From Utricularia gibba (Eukaryota > Plantae > Magnoliophyta): 64,000 nt of DNA. A program made the position numbers and the translations under genes. Where the stretch lies: assembly GCA_002189035.1 (NCBI GenBank), contig NEEC01000019.1:744001-808000 (forward strand). The letters are read 5' to 3'. Shown here in pieces: positions 1 through 14,714 of the stretch. Numbering within the stretch: position 1 is the first letter of the stretch; each line of letters begins with the position of its first letter. The notes beneath the pieces are model-generated. The model ran no database searches, was not told the DNA's origin, and saw only the letters and a list, made by a program, of their open reading frames with translations.

Positions 1-2430
1 ACTACCCATTAACTACCCTCATTATTCCTCTCTCGCAATATAAAAAATAATAATAACAATAATAAATATGGCCAATATTTTAACATATATATCATGCAAT
101 AATCAAATTTATATCAAAAGGTAATATCGGACAAACAACCATAAAAACATTAAGAGCAAAAATCATGTAGTTATAATTTATAATTACGTCGGTGTAATAC
201 AACATTTTGTGGTATATAACGTTGGTTATTATTCTAATTAATTCAAATATATTATTAATTACGACACGTACTTAATTATGATTTCATAATGAAGTGACAG
301 TATGACTATTTAGTTCATCCACCTAATTAAGAGTGAATTATACCGTAGTCAATCATTTCGAAAATTGATTTCTCCCACATGTTTCAATAAAAAATTTATA
401 TATAGAGTAGTCATTTTTTTGATGTGTGGTGGAGCTCAAAATAGGCAAATGACACGTGGAGTTGGGTAAGGAGGAGGCTTACCAATTGTTAGATAGATAA
501 ATAATGAAATCGGCTTATTACAAACTAAATCGATCCATATAAAGGCCTTTATGCTGTATTGAAAAGTTGTCCCAAAATAACATACCGGTAAGTGTCAAAA
601 TTTGGCAGTACAAATTGAAAAGTAGTTAAATTACAATAATGTCAGAACAGTTGGTGTAATATTACCACAATACGATTGTCAGTCAGAAAGTAATCGACAT
701 TTGACAAAAATCAGAATTAGATCGAATTCACCTTTTTCATAAATATAAGAAAACTTGAAAAATAAATGATTGAAATTTCTATATTACTGCTTATACCCCC
801 TCCCACCCCCCATCTGTAACTAGAAAATCGGTCAAATCCCATAGAACCGATTTTCGACCCCAACACTTTGGCGTATATCTACTTTTCTAATTGATCATAA
901 CGTTTTAGGGGAAATACATTAAGAAGAAAAGGAAGGTTAATAAATCATTAAGAAAGATGGATATCGACTTTTATTGATGGTTAAGTATAGGTTTGAAATA
1001 TTGAGTTTATTGTAATTTTTTATTATATTTATTATAAAATATTTAAAAAATCACTGTACATGATCATTTCCAATTTTAAATTTTTTTATTTTTTTAAAAA
1101 TTTTATTATATCAAACCTATCATTATACTACTGAAAGCTGCTTCTAACACCTTTTTTATTTCTTTTTGTTTTTTCAAGGCATGAGAATGTTCAAATATAA
1201 TTTACATGTCACCTTTATTCTTTTAGAATATGTTTTTAAAATTATAAAAAAAAAATTCCGCCCGTCTTTCAAAATTCTATATGCAATTAAATAAATTTAA
1301 TTTTCCAATTCATAGTACGAAAGATTACTTTTCAATCATGAAATTTTTTAAAAACTCATTTAAAATAAACTATTAAACAGTTCCTAAATTATACTAAATA
1401 TGATGAAAATAAATGTTTGAATTTCTAATTGAATTTAATGGGAAAATGATCGAGCTTTGGGAATATTCGTTTCTGAAAAAAGAAAAATTCAAATTTGGGA
1501 ACATTGATAGCTAAGAATAGGGGGGGCAGGGAGTGATATGAATAATTAAACAATTATTTTGAAGAATAATTATCTTAATGATACAAAATCAAAAACTCAT
1601 ATCTTTTGAAAATTTGTTTGGATAATAATCATTATTATTAATAAATATAAATTAAATTCATTGAAAATATGTATATAGATAAAATTATTTATACTATATT
1701 CATTTTTTATTTTTACAATTAATATACATATAAATAAAAAATATTTATACTGATCTTCGTGGTTGTATATTATTTACAAAAAATAATAAAAAATATTGTA
1801 TTATTTTGTTGATTCCATATTATCTAGAAAAAAATGAATCATTCCAAAAAAAATGAACTATTTGGATATAACAGAAATATTTGGGAAATAGGTTTTTCAA
1901 AAAGAAAAATAGGTTATTATTTTTTGAAAGAAATTAATTTAAAATGATATTATTATTTTTCATTATTATCCTTTATGCCGCAAATTATGATTCACTAAAA
2001 TTACAAGTCAACAAAAAATATCCTTATATTATTCAAGTAAATCTTTAAAATAGATGATTTTTCAAAATTTATAATTTTAAAGTAATTATTCTTCAAAATA
2101 ATATAATAATTAAAGCATTCTTCTTTTTCTTAACCGATAACTAAATACGCTTTCCCTGTACTACTTATTCTTGTCAATTCGGCCATTAATCAAAAGCTGG
2201 AGGAGCGTTTAGCAATCATATAATTTTTTTTCACTCTTTTTTTCCTTATAATATATAAATAATCCCCACCGCATTTATGATTTTTTGATTATTCATTAAA
2301 TTGTTTTTTTTTTAAGTACGGCTGGAAAAATTCAATCTTGCAGCAGAGCAAAGGAAGCTGGAGGAAACGAAACAAGAGGAAAGCAAAACACAACAGCACT
2401 CTTGATCAGATGAGGGGGATCCTCAGGTCC

Positions 2431-3279
2431 TTAGAGAGCCTTGAGAATGTCTTCGGCACTTGAAACAGTGAACTCTCCACCAGACTCTATGTTTGCAACT
2501 GTAACCTTGAGGTCATCAACAAGAAGTGCAAACCTTTTTGAACGGATTCCCAGTCCCTTGTCACTGAGGTCTAGTTCAAGACCAAGCGCCTTTGTGTATA
2601 CTCCAGACCCATCAGCCAGAAACTTGACGTGCTCGTTCTCAGGGAATGTCTTCGCCCATGCCTTCATCACGAATGGATCATTCACTGCAAATTTAAATAC
2701 CCAACTCAAAATGTGTGGAATCGGCAAAATTAGAGTCACGGATGTACATCGAGATCAGGATGTTTTTATCTCCAAACTCAAATAGAAAAAGCAGCATCAA
2801 CTGCATCGAATGGAGATCACAATGCTTCCACCTCTAAATTCAGTAAAAGGGAGCACCAGTGGTATGGAATCAGCGAAAATGGGAGACGTCGATCTCGCTA
2901 TCTAAAATTTAATCTAAACCCCCATATAGTAGCACTAGATGTCAGAGTTCGTACCGCTGATGCAAATGACTTCTTGGACACCTTTAGACTTCAATTCCGG
3001 AGATTTCTCCACGAACCCAGGGACGTGTTTCAAGCTACAGCAAACCAGAACCAAGCGAAATCAACCAACACAGAATCGAAATCGAAGCAAGAAAAAGCGA
3101 GATCTCAGAATTAATCATCATTACCTGCAAGTAGGAGTAAAAGCTCCAGGAACGGCGAAAAGGACAACCTTCTTTCCGGCGGTGAGAGAATGGATAGAAA
3201 CGCTTTGAAGCTGATCATCCTCATCGAAATACGCAAGAGTTCCGTCGGGAATGCTGTCACCAACTGCGATCGGCGCCAT
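2431..3279 (-). CDS. PRXIIB: Type II (cytosolic) peroxiredoxin, 162 aa, 3 exons (3279-3125, 3034-2955, 2684-2431)
   Basis: Spliced translation [15 protein letters not shown]...[17 protein letters not shown]...[11 protein letters not shown]...[11 protein letters not shown]. All introns are GT-AG and exons total 489 bp. Confidence 0.96.
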
Positions 3280-4999
3280 TTCTGCGACTAAGAATTCGAT
3301 TCCGCTGACAGCGTGGTTAATGATCGGAGGTGTGTAGCGTGACAGATCGGGGCCGAGGTATTTATAGATAGGATCGGAAATGAAAACGATGACAGTGGGG
3401 ATTGCGGACTCCAAATTGTAGTCACTACGAATTGGATAAAACGTTCAAGTCCGTCGATTTGTTCGGGACACTCCCCACGAGCACATGCCCTAAAATAACC
3501 TCTATTTTTTACTTCATTTTTTAATCTCTAAATTTATCTCTTCTTTTATTTAAATTTTGAAAAAAATTGTCATATTTTCAAAAATTGTGAAATAAAAATA
3601 TAAATTAATACATATTTTACTAATTAAAAATAATTAAATAGCCCGTAATGTTGACTAGGTCAACGTCAACGGATGTTATAAGGTAGTGACCTAATATGAA
3701 AGGGCAACGCGCCGCGCCGTACGAGAAAATGAACGTCAATCGTTCACACAATTTGAACTAAACATAACTAATATGAAAGGGCATACCGTCGTAGAGAATG
3801 GGAATCTTTTTATTTATTTTAATATTAAAATATTATTATATTAAAAGAGTAATATTATTAATATATCAAATATTTTGGGATCGAAAAAAATTAAGTACAT
3901 TTATTTTATATTAAAAAAAATCTTCAATCGTATAATCGACTATTTAAATAAAATTATTTTATATTAAATAATAGATATTAAACATATATTTAATAAGAAT
4001 AAATTATATATTCAAGTAATTTTTAATTAATATTTAATATATGATTAAATATGAATTTATTTATCAAGTTAATTTAATTAATAGAATAATTATAAATATA
4101 ATTATTTTAAAAAATTATATCCAATTATATGTTTTGACTATTGCTATGCTAGATATATAATTTTTTTTTATTCTCTATAAAATATATTTATGTTCTTTTT
4201 AAATTGTTTATTTTTGTATAAATTAATTCTAATCATATCCAACAAACTAAAACATTGTATATATTTTATTGATGAGATTGCATGAGTTTAAAAATAGTAT
4301 TATAAATCATAAGGTGTATAGTTGATAGATTTTTAATAAATCTGGGATTACATAATTTTTTTAATCGCATGTATATAGATTTATTTAAAATCACATTACT
4401 CATTTACTTACTTAAAATCACTTAATTAAATTTCTAATTTCAATAACTAAATATTAATTAAAAAATTAATTCTACTACATCACTTTTATTTAAATTCAAA
4501 TAACTTAAACTTATTTTAAATCATTTGCTCAAATAAATATGTATAAAAGTTGTTGTTTTAGTGGTCAAAAAATAATCATTATTAATTAGAAGAATCAGTT
4601 TGGATTTGGGCTTTTATTAATGGGCTCAAATAGATTAGCTCGTTCTTTCAATATAAAATGGAGGTCTGAAAATTACAAGAATAGCATTGCTTTATGCGAT
4701 GGTTCGCAGCTGAATCTTTGTCGCATCTCCTTGTCTTCCCCTCACCGCATTTTTGTAAGGTCAATTCTAATGAAAAGAAAGACTCCCCATGGATTTCAGG
4801 GAAGAAACGAAATTCACAAGACTTGTAAAAGCCATAGCTTTGTGTGTTCGCGAATGTCAATGGCCCTTGGCCTATCAAATTGTAAAACTCGTGTCTTTGT
4901 GGACGTGGATGAGACGGGACAACTGGGTTGCTCAGGAGGATCCCTTGTCACCGGGGGGCGGCCAGTAAAACTCATGGGAAGAAACTTGTGGAGAGAGAT

Positions 5000-7001
<2,002 letters not shown>

Positions 7002-7229
7002 TTATTTTGCTCCACTCTATACGTCGATGTGTTGCAGTTGTGAGAAAGAACTTCAGTGGAACAAGGAGACATGGTGCTTGTAGATCGTTTTTCAGACATT
7101 CCCTTTATACACGTACTGTCGTCGCGGAATAAGCATTTTGTAGTCAAGCCAGCCGCTTTTGATGTCTTCTTTGTTGATTTGAACACCCAATAAGTCGGAG
7201 AACGGAAACGATTTTGTAAAGGTTTATGG

Positions 7230-9687
7230 ATGGATGGTTTCAGTGTGTCCCTGAGGCTCGAGCATGCTGCTGGTGTTGCCGCCTTTAGCTTTCCCTCCCA
7301 GTTTCCAATTTGTACCGCTTCACCTTCCTCTTCAGCGTTCACTTTCCGTTTGCGAAGTAATTTCCCCAATTTTCCGTCGAATTCGTCCGGAAGGTATTGC
7401 GCCTCCGCACAGACCCCTGAATCCGCTCCTCTTTTCCTCCCTTATCTTGAAACCCCGCAAATTCAGCATCCCGAAAACTGGGCTGAAGATGAAGATGACG
7501 ACGAGGATGACCCACTTGTCAGATTCTTCAAAACCCGGCCTCCTGAGCCGGACCCCAATTCGGAAGGGAAAATATCTCTTCAGAGAAACCGCCGGAGTTC
7601 TTGGCACCTAGCATCCACCTTCGAAAGCCCGCAAGAATCGGAAAATGAGAATGCCTTTTTCTCTTCTCACGAGGACGCAGAAACTGTTCCAGAAGTGGTG
7701 GGAGTTGTTGGGGAAATACTGGAGATTGCTAGGGCGTTGCCTGAAAATGTTACCATAGGGGAAGCACTGGAAAAGCATGATTTTGAAAGGGTATTAAGGG
7801 AGGAAGATACGGTTGAGGTGCTGAGAACTTTGTGTGAGGAGAACAACGTTATGGCTAGTTTGTACTTCTTTGAGTGGATGGGTTCAAGAGAGCCTTCTAT
7901 GGTCTCTCCAAAGGCTTGCTCTGTTATATTTCCGTTCCTTGGGAGAGCAGGGAAAGGAGATGAGATGCTGCTGATTTTCAATAATTTGCCTTTGAAGAAG
8001 AATCAGCTGTTTCAAGATGTTCGTGTCTACAATTCTGCTTTAACAGGACTTCTGCTTTGCAAGAGGTAGTCTAGCAGCTTCCCATTGTCATCCTGTTCGA
8101 TCATCTTTTATCAATATGAAATGTACCTGTTTTGTTCTGCAACTGCACCTCAAACTCAAACTTCATTGCCTTTGTGTGCCAAATGCTATCCCCGTGTGTT
8201 TCTGCAGTTTTCCATGCTTCTGACCTATACTTGATAAAAAGAGTTCGTTTTTGCTCAGTTTGTGTACAGTTTGAAACTTCCTGATAGTTACCAGTCTGTT
8301 CTTCTACCTTCCATATGATTCCCCTCCGATTTCCCAACTATTGAGATGAAGTGAACTTTTTTCTGGAAGGTATGGTGATGCTTGGAAAGTGTATGAGCTG
8401 ATGAAGCAAAGCAACATCCAACCAGACCATGTAACAGCTTCAATAATGATTACAGTCATGAGGAAGAAGGGGAACAGTGCCAAAGATGCATGGGAGTTTT
8501 TCAAGGAGATGGACAGAAATGGAGTCAATTGCTGGAGTTTGGAATCTGTGGGTGCCCTTATAAAATCCTTCTGCGATGAGGGTCTTCGTGAAGAAGCTCT
8601 CATCATCCAATCTGAGCTTGAGAAACAGGGGATTCCCTCAAATGTCGTCATCTACAACACGATCATGGACAGTTACAGTAAAGCAAACCAGGTTGAGGAG
8701 GCAGAAGGTCTTTTCAGGGAGATGAGAATAAAGGGGGTAGCCCCAACAACAGCCTCATACAACATTCTGATGGACGCTTACAGTAGACGAATGCAACCAG
8801 AGATTGTTGAGAACCTCCTTCAAGAAATGGAAACGGTTGGATTGGAAGCCAATGTTATATCATACACTTGTTTGATTAGTGCATACGGGAGGCAGAAGAA
8901 AATGAGCGACATGGCTGCAGATGCTTTTCTAAGGATGAAGAAAGCTGGGATCAAGCCTTCTTCACATTCATACACAGCTCTTGTTCATGCGTATTCAGTA
9001 AGTGGATGGCACGAGAAAGCATCAGCGGCATTCACCAGTATGCTGAGGGAGGGATTGAGACCCTCCATAGAGACGTATACAGCTCTCTTGGATGCACACA
9101 GACGAGCCGGTGACACCGAAACCCTGATGAAAATCTGGAAGACGATGATGAGAAGCAGAGCAGGAGGCACCCAAGTGACCTTCAACATTCTTCTGGATGG
9201 ATTTTCGAAGCAAGGATGCTATGTGGAAGCAAGAGATGTGATACATGAGTTTGGGAAGCTTGGGTATCACCCCACTGTGCTGACTTACAATATGCTGATG
9301 AATGCATACGCACGAGGCGGGCAAGAATCGAAGCTGCCCCAGCTGCTGAAAGAGATGATGGTGCTCGGCCTGAAACCGGATTCAGTTACTTATTCAACGA
9401 TGATCTATGCGTACATTCGTGTGCGTGATTTCAGGAGGGCATTCTTCTATCATAAAAAGATGATCGAAAGCAAGCAGGTTCCGGATCCGAACTCCTACAG
9501 GAAGATGAGGGAGATACTAGATGCAAAAGCTAAGGTCAAGAACAAGAAGGACAGAAGCGCCATCATGGGCATTGTGAAAAGCAGCATGGGACTGGGTAAG
9601 CCCAAGAGGAGAGGAAAGAAAGACGAGTTCTGGAAGAACCGGAAGTCTAGACCGGGAAGTCGCGCCCCTCCGCCCTCTCCCAGATGA
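7230..9687 (+). CDS. EMB1006: P-class pentatricopeptide repeat protein, chloroplast (At5g50280-like), 717 aa, exons 7230-8065 and 8370-9687
   Basis: Tandem PPR motifs plus family-typical segments YGRQKKMSDMAADAFLRMKK, YARGGQESKLPQLLKEM and KKDEFWK. One GT-AG intron joins the two ORFs in frame. Confidence 0.9.
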
Positions 9688-11233
9688 TCAACTCCGGTAA
9701 CTTACATGTGTGATACACAATGCACGCAAGCTGCTACGAGATAATGCTAAAGTTTTGACCTTTGTTGTGATTATGTTACGAGAAAAGGTATTGGGGCCGG
9801 CGTGCGGGGAAAAACTTTCATGGCGATGGACCCGAGGAGGACGAAGTGGTCGCCGGGAAAGCAGACGGAGATGAGCGAAGCGGTCAGGGCTGCCCCAAAT
9901 GCCTTCGACTGTGGTCCGGATCGGTATCCGGTACCCACTCCCTGAACCCGGTTTGAGTTAATTAATATTTTTTAATCATAAAATGATATTTTAAATCAAT
10001 TTTTCCAAAAAAAAAAAAGTGGGTTCCAGAGTACAAAGGAGCCCCCGTTGGCTGTTCTGCACCACCGAGACCCGATAGGGACATCACGTGCCACATTTCC
10101 ACGCCACCACTGCCCTCAATAATTACGAATGCAGTATTACATTATTTACTATTTTTTATTAGATTGGATCTAATATTTTTTTCATAAAAAAAGCTTCTTT
10201 AAGAATTTTCAATATTTTATATTTTAAATAAATTTAGATTCAACTTATTATAAAACATTCAATCCAAATTTATGGATTGAATACATTTTTGAAATAATTA
10301 TCTCAATATTGAATAATTTTTTGTATGTTGTTTAGTAGATGGGCTTTTCAAAATTGTATTTTGAGAGTAATGTTACTACAACAAATGATGCTTTCAGACA
10401 TAGTTTGCTTCCGACACAATATTTTTCAATTCGTAATGATTCATATTATCCACAGTGCATTATTTCGAGTCCAACGTATCGAGTCATGAAATGTCAATAA
10501 TACAATAAAACCTTAATGTTTGAAAGATAGTCCTATAATTAACCTTTTAGTTGAAGCATAAAGTGACCATGACACTCAAAATATTGCAATTCTTGACTCA
10601 GATCTTGTCATAAAGTTGACTTTAATTTCCAAAACATGCGAATATAGTAAAATAATGTAAAATTTTGGATTTTAAATAATCCTGTCCACTACTCCTAATG
10701 TGTTAGAATCCGAGGGACATCCTTAAAATAAGTGACGCCTTGTTCATTTTTTAAATCCTTGAAAAATTTAATAATCATCATGCTTTGTCTCTAATATCTA
10801 ATGTGATCCACTATTTTCATTTTATTATATAGATTGAGTTGCACGTGCGATTCGTAGCACATTAATTTGTCAAACATTAAGACCCCATTTGTTAATTTAG
10901 ACAGAAAATCATTGGCTTACAATTATTTAGTATATTCGATAAGTTTGACTAACAAATTTCCCATATTTGCTACATGAAAAATGAGAAGAAGTAAAAAAAA
11001 AAAAAAAAAAGATAACTCATATTTTTTGCATGTAACGTGAAAACCAAGAATTTAAATATGCGGATGAAGATTACTTATACCATTTTCATTAAACACTGAA
11101 GAATAATCGTATCAATTATCACAACTTTAGGAATTTATGCCGTGGAGTGCCCGAAACGTTGATGTACAAATTTCCTCTTATTCAACGAGGGCTCAAGGCT
11201 ACTACTTACTAGGCTAGGAAGGTACATACGGTC

Positions 11234-11315
11234 GGGTCGGGTCGGGTCAGGGGTATGGGGTTTGAGGGGGCGGGTCGGTGGTGGGAGGACTCATAAATTG
11301 GGTCGGGGCTGGGGT
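11234..11315 (+). other. G-tract cluster (potential G-quadruplex) with CGGGT repeats
   Basis: Seven G3-G5 runs with 1-5 nt loops in 11234-11274, plus four more to 11315. Confidence 0.6.
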
Positions 11316-12509
11316 TGTTTGGGCACATAATTGGTTTCCATTCCTACTGGGTTTAATACCAATTAATGGACCGCACATGCAACCCCTCATAATTATGTCA
11401 AATTATTCACTTATTTATATTATTACAGAAAAATCTAGGACACGACTCCGACACCCCCAGCATTCCTCAGATTCCCCATTATTTCTTTTTTCTGTTATTT
11501 TTTTTCCTTGTACGTGCGGAAATGGATGCTCACGCATTTCCCCTAATCCACGTGGCGCAACCACATTTTCAATTCAAACCCCTTTTTTATATTATCCCCC
11601 AACACAACATAATAATAATAAACTGTATTTAGTTTCGTAATTTTTAATTATTCTTTTGAAATAAAGACATTATTTTATTGAATAAAAGTGGGGATAAGTG
11701 TAATGACTCAACATCTCATTATATGATATTTTCTACATTGGGTATTCATTACTCTATTTTATGCAAAATTAAATGATATATTCTTATATAAATTTTTATT
11801 CTATCTTCATTTATAATCGATGTAAAATTCACCTAAAATTATTCCATACTTTTTTGGGTCAAGCTCTTCCCCCTGAAATTTAGCATCCTCCTTAAAATTT
11901 GTCTAGTAATCTATTATACGTTGTGATTTGATTACGATTATGTAAATTCTAGTTTATAATCGAAGTGATATTCGTCTAAATTCATTCTATTCGTTTGGTG
12001 GGTCGGGTTCCTGGGTCCCTTTTGGAAAATCAGCATCTTGTTAAGATTTACCTCACAATCTATTGGACTATGATAGTGAGACTTAAGAGAGTTTTTAGGT
12101 AGGTAAAATTCAGGCATTTAATTTAGGGTTTTCTTTTAGGTCGAGAACCACATTAAATGATGTAATAAAAAATAAATGGATCAACTGCGGGAAATTAAAT
12201 TAGGTGGGGCTTATGGAGTGATTTGACTGGCTGCTTTTTTTTTTTTTTTTTTTTTTGTTGAGGAGGGCAGCTCACTCGCTAGTGGAGCGCGTGAAATGGG
12301 CGGGGGCATTTTCCAGCGATGCTCCAATAATGAGCTCGCCCTAATTCCTAACGTAACTCCGAAGCAGGATCCGAACCAAGGCCCTCCTTCGCCGTTGAGC
12401 TTTAACTTTTCCCCCTTTTAACAAAACCCGAGCCTGCTTTTTCGTTTTACTTTCCCAACTTCCATTCCACTCCACTGAATATGGCCGCCGCTGCTTCTGC
12501 TCTGGGGAG

Positions 12510-14714
12510 ATGACGGTTGTCTGCTCCGATTCGTCAATGCCAGCGGCGATGCGGCTGTGTCTTGTTTTCTTTTTACTGTTGCTGGTGCTGGATCGGGCGG
12601 CGCCGGAGCCGACGTCGGATAAGCAGGCGCTACTCTCGTTTATATCGCAGGTTCCGCACGAGACTCGGATTAACTGGAATGCCTCGACATCGGCCTGTAC
12701 GTGGATCGGAATTGGTTGTGACCGGACGAATTCGTCTGTGTTCTACGTACGACTCCCCGGGGTCGGGCTAATTGGTGCGATTCCGCCGGATACGCTGGGG
12801 AGATTGAGTCAGTTACGCGTACTCAGTCTGCATTCTAACCGTTTGTCGGGTGAAATTCCGGCGGATTTTTCACGGCTCACGTTCCTGAGAAATGTTTATC
12901 TGCAGAATAATTTGTTTTCGGGTGGGTTTCCGGCGAGTTTTACCGAATTGACTCGGATCAGTAGGCTGGACCTGTCGTCCAACAACTTCACTGGCCCCAT
13001 TCCTTTCCCTCTGAACAATTTGACTCGTTTGACTGGGCTGTTTCTGCAGAACAATGGTTTTTCTGGTGCGATCCCGAGCATTGCGTTACCTGGGCTTCTT
13101 GGTTTCAATGTTTCGAGTAACCGTCTCAATGGATCGATACCTACGACGCTTGCGAGATTCCCGTCATCGTCGTTCTCGAATAATCTTGGATTGTGTGGGA
13201 GTCCTTTGCCTTCCTGCAACCCGTTTTTCCCGTCCCCAGCGCCTTCACCTGCATTTCCAGTACCATCCCCAAGAAGCAACAGAAGGATATCAACCGGCGC
13301 AATTATAGGGATTTGCGTCGCCGGGGGCGTTCTGATACTGTTGCTTCTGCTGGCGATCCTCTTTCTTCTCATCCGGAGGAGGAAAAAAGAGAGTGCTAAA
13401 GAGAAAAAGGTACCGGCAACCGCGGCAGCAAGCGCGCCGGGTGAAGCGGGCACTTCATCGTCGAAGGATGAAGTGGCCGGAGGATCGGCGGATGCGGCTG
13501 AGAAGAACAAGCTCATTTTCCTTGGAAACCGTGGAATGAGCTTCGATTTGGAGGATTTGTTGAGAGCTTCCGCGGAAGTGCTGGGAAAAGGAAGTATGGG
13601 GACCAGCTACAAGGCGGTTCTGGAGGAAGGAACAACTGTAGTGGTGAAGAGGCTCAAGGATGTTGGGGTTGGGAGAAAAGATTTTGAGCAGCAAATGGAG
13701 CAGCTTGGGAAAATTCAGCATCAACATCTGCTGCCTTTGAGAGCATACTACTACTCTAAGGATGAGAAATTGCTAGTCTTTGATTACATGCCTGCAGGGA
13801 GTTTATCTTCCCTTCTTCACGGTAAATCCCCTGCTTTTTACCTGAACCATGTATGATATGTTGCCTTGACATGTTAGGAATAAATTGTGTTGGTTTCTTT
13901 TTTGTTTAACGTCCTTGATCCTTGCAATGCTTGTTTGCTTTCATGCTCTCTGCAGTTATAGAAACATTGATTCTCCTTGGATTTTATGTCTACCCCTTAT
14001 TTTGTTCTCATGGCGAGTTTCGGGTGCATTCCTGTGTTTTCAGGCAGCCGAGGCTCCGGACGCAGCCCACTGGAGTGGGAAAGCAGATTGAGGATAGCAC
14101 AGAGTGCTGCAAGAGGGCTTGCACATCTTCATGTCGTTTCTAAATTAGTCCATGGAAACATCAAAGCCTCCAACATCCTTCTAAAGCAAGACAATGCCGA
14201 TGCCTGTGTCTCCGACTTCGGCCTCAACCCACTCTTCCTCCAATCCACCCCTCTGAATCACCGTGTCATGGGTTACCGAGCTCCTGAAGTGGTCGAAACC
14301 CGGAAGGTCACCTTCAAATCTGACGTCTACAGCTTCGGGGTCCTGATACTCGAACTCCTGACCGGTAAAGCCCCCAATCAGGCCTCTCTGGGTGAGGAAG
14401 GGATCGACTTGCCGAGATGGGTGCAGAGTGTGGTCAGGGAAGAATGGACTGCGGAAGTGTTCGATGTGGAGCTGATGCGCCACCACAACGTGGAAGAAGA
14501 GATGGTGCAGCTTCTCCAAATCGGCATGACCTGTGTGGCCATTGTGCCCGATCAGAGGCCAGACATGCCCCAGGTGGCCAGGATGATCGAGGAAATAAAC
14601 CGGGGCGAAACCGATGATGGCCTGCGCCAGTCATCCGACGACGCCACGAGAGGAGGAGGATCCGGCAGCCAGACGTCTCCCGCCAGAGCTTCCCCTCCCG
14701 GCCTCACTCCCTGA
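12510..14714 (+). CDS. LRR-III receptor-like pseudokinase (At2g26730-like), about 660 aa, exons 12510-13821 and 14044-14714
   Basis: Signal peptide, LRRs and TM helix ([26 protein letters not shown]), then [17 protein letters not shown]. The catalytic loop is HGNIK instead of HRD, i.e. an atypical kinase. Confidence 0.95.

Noticed and set aside
820-858. 10-bp inverted repeat GAAAATCGGT...ACCGATTTTC
   Set aside because: Short and isolated, with no TSD or element body. No supportable feature was found in 1-2300.
12121-12132. Telomere-like TTTAGGG
   Set aside because: Single unit (at most a telo-box), not an interstitial telomeric array.
12896-13516. 206-aa antisense ORF over the RLK
   Set aside because: Shadow ORF of a GC-rich coding exon with no recognisable domain. 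The same applies to antisense ORFs over PRX, CYP78A, INP1 and the GPI gene.
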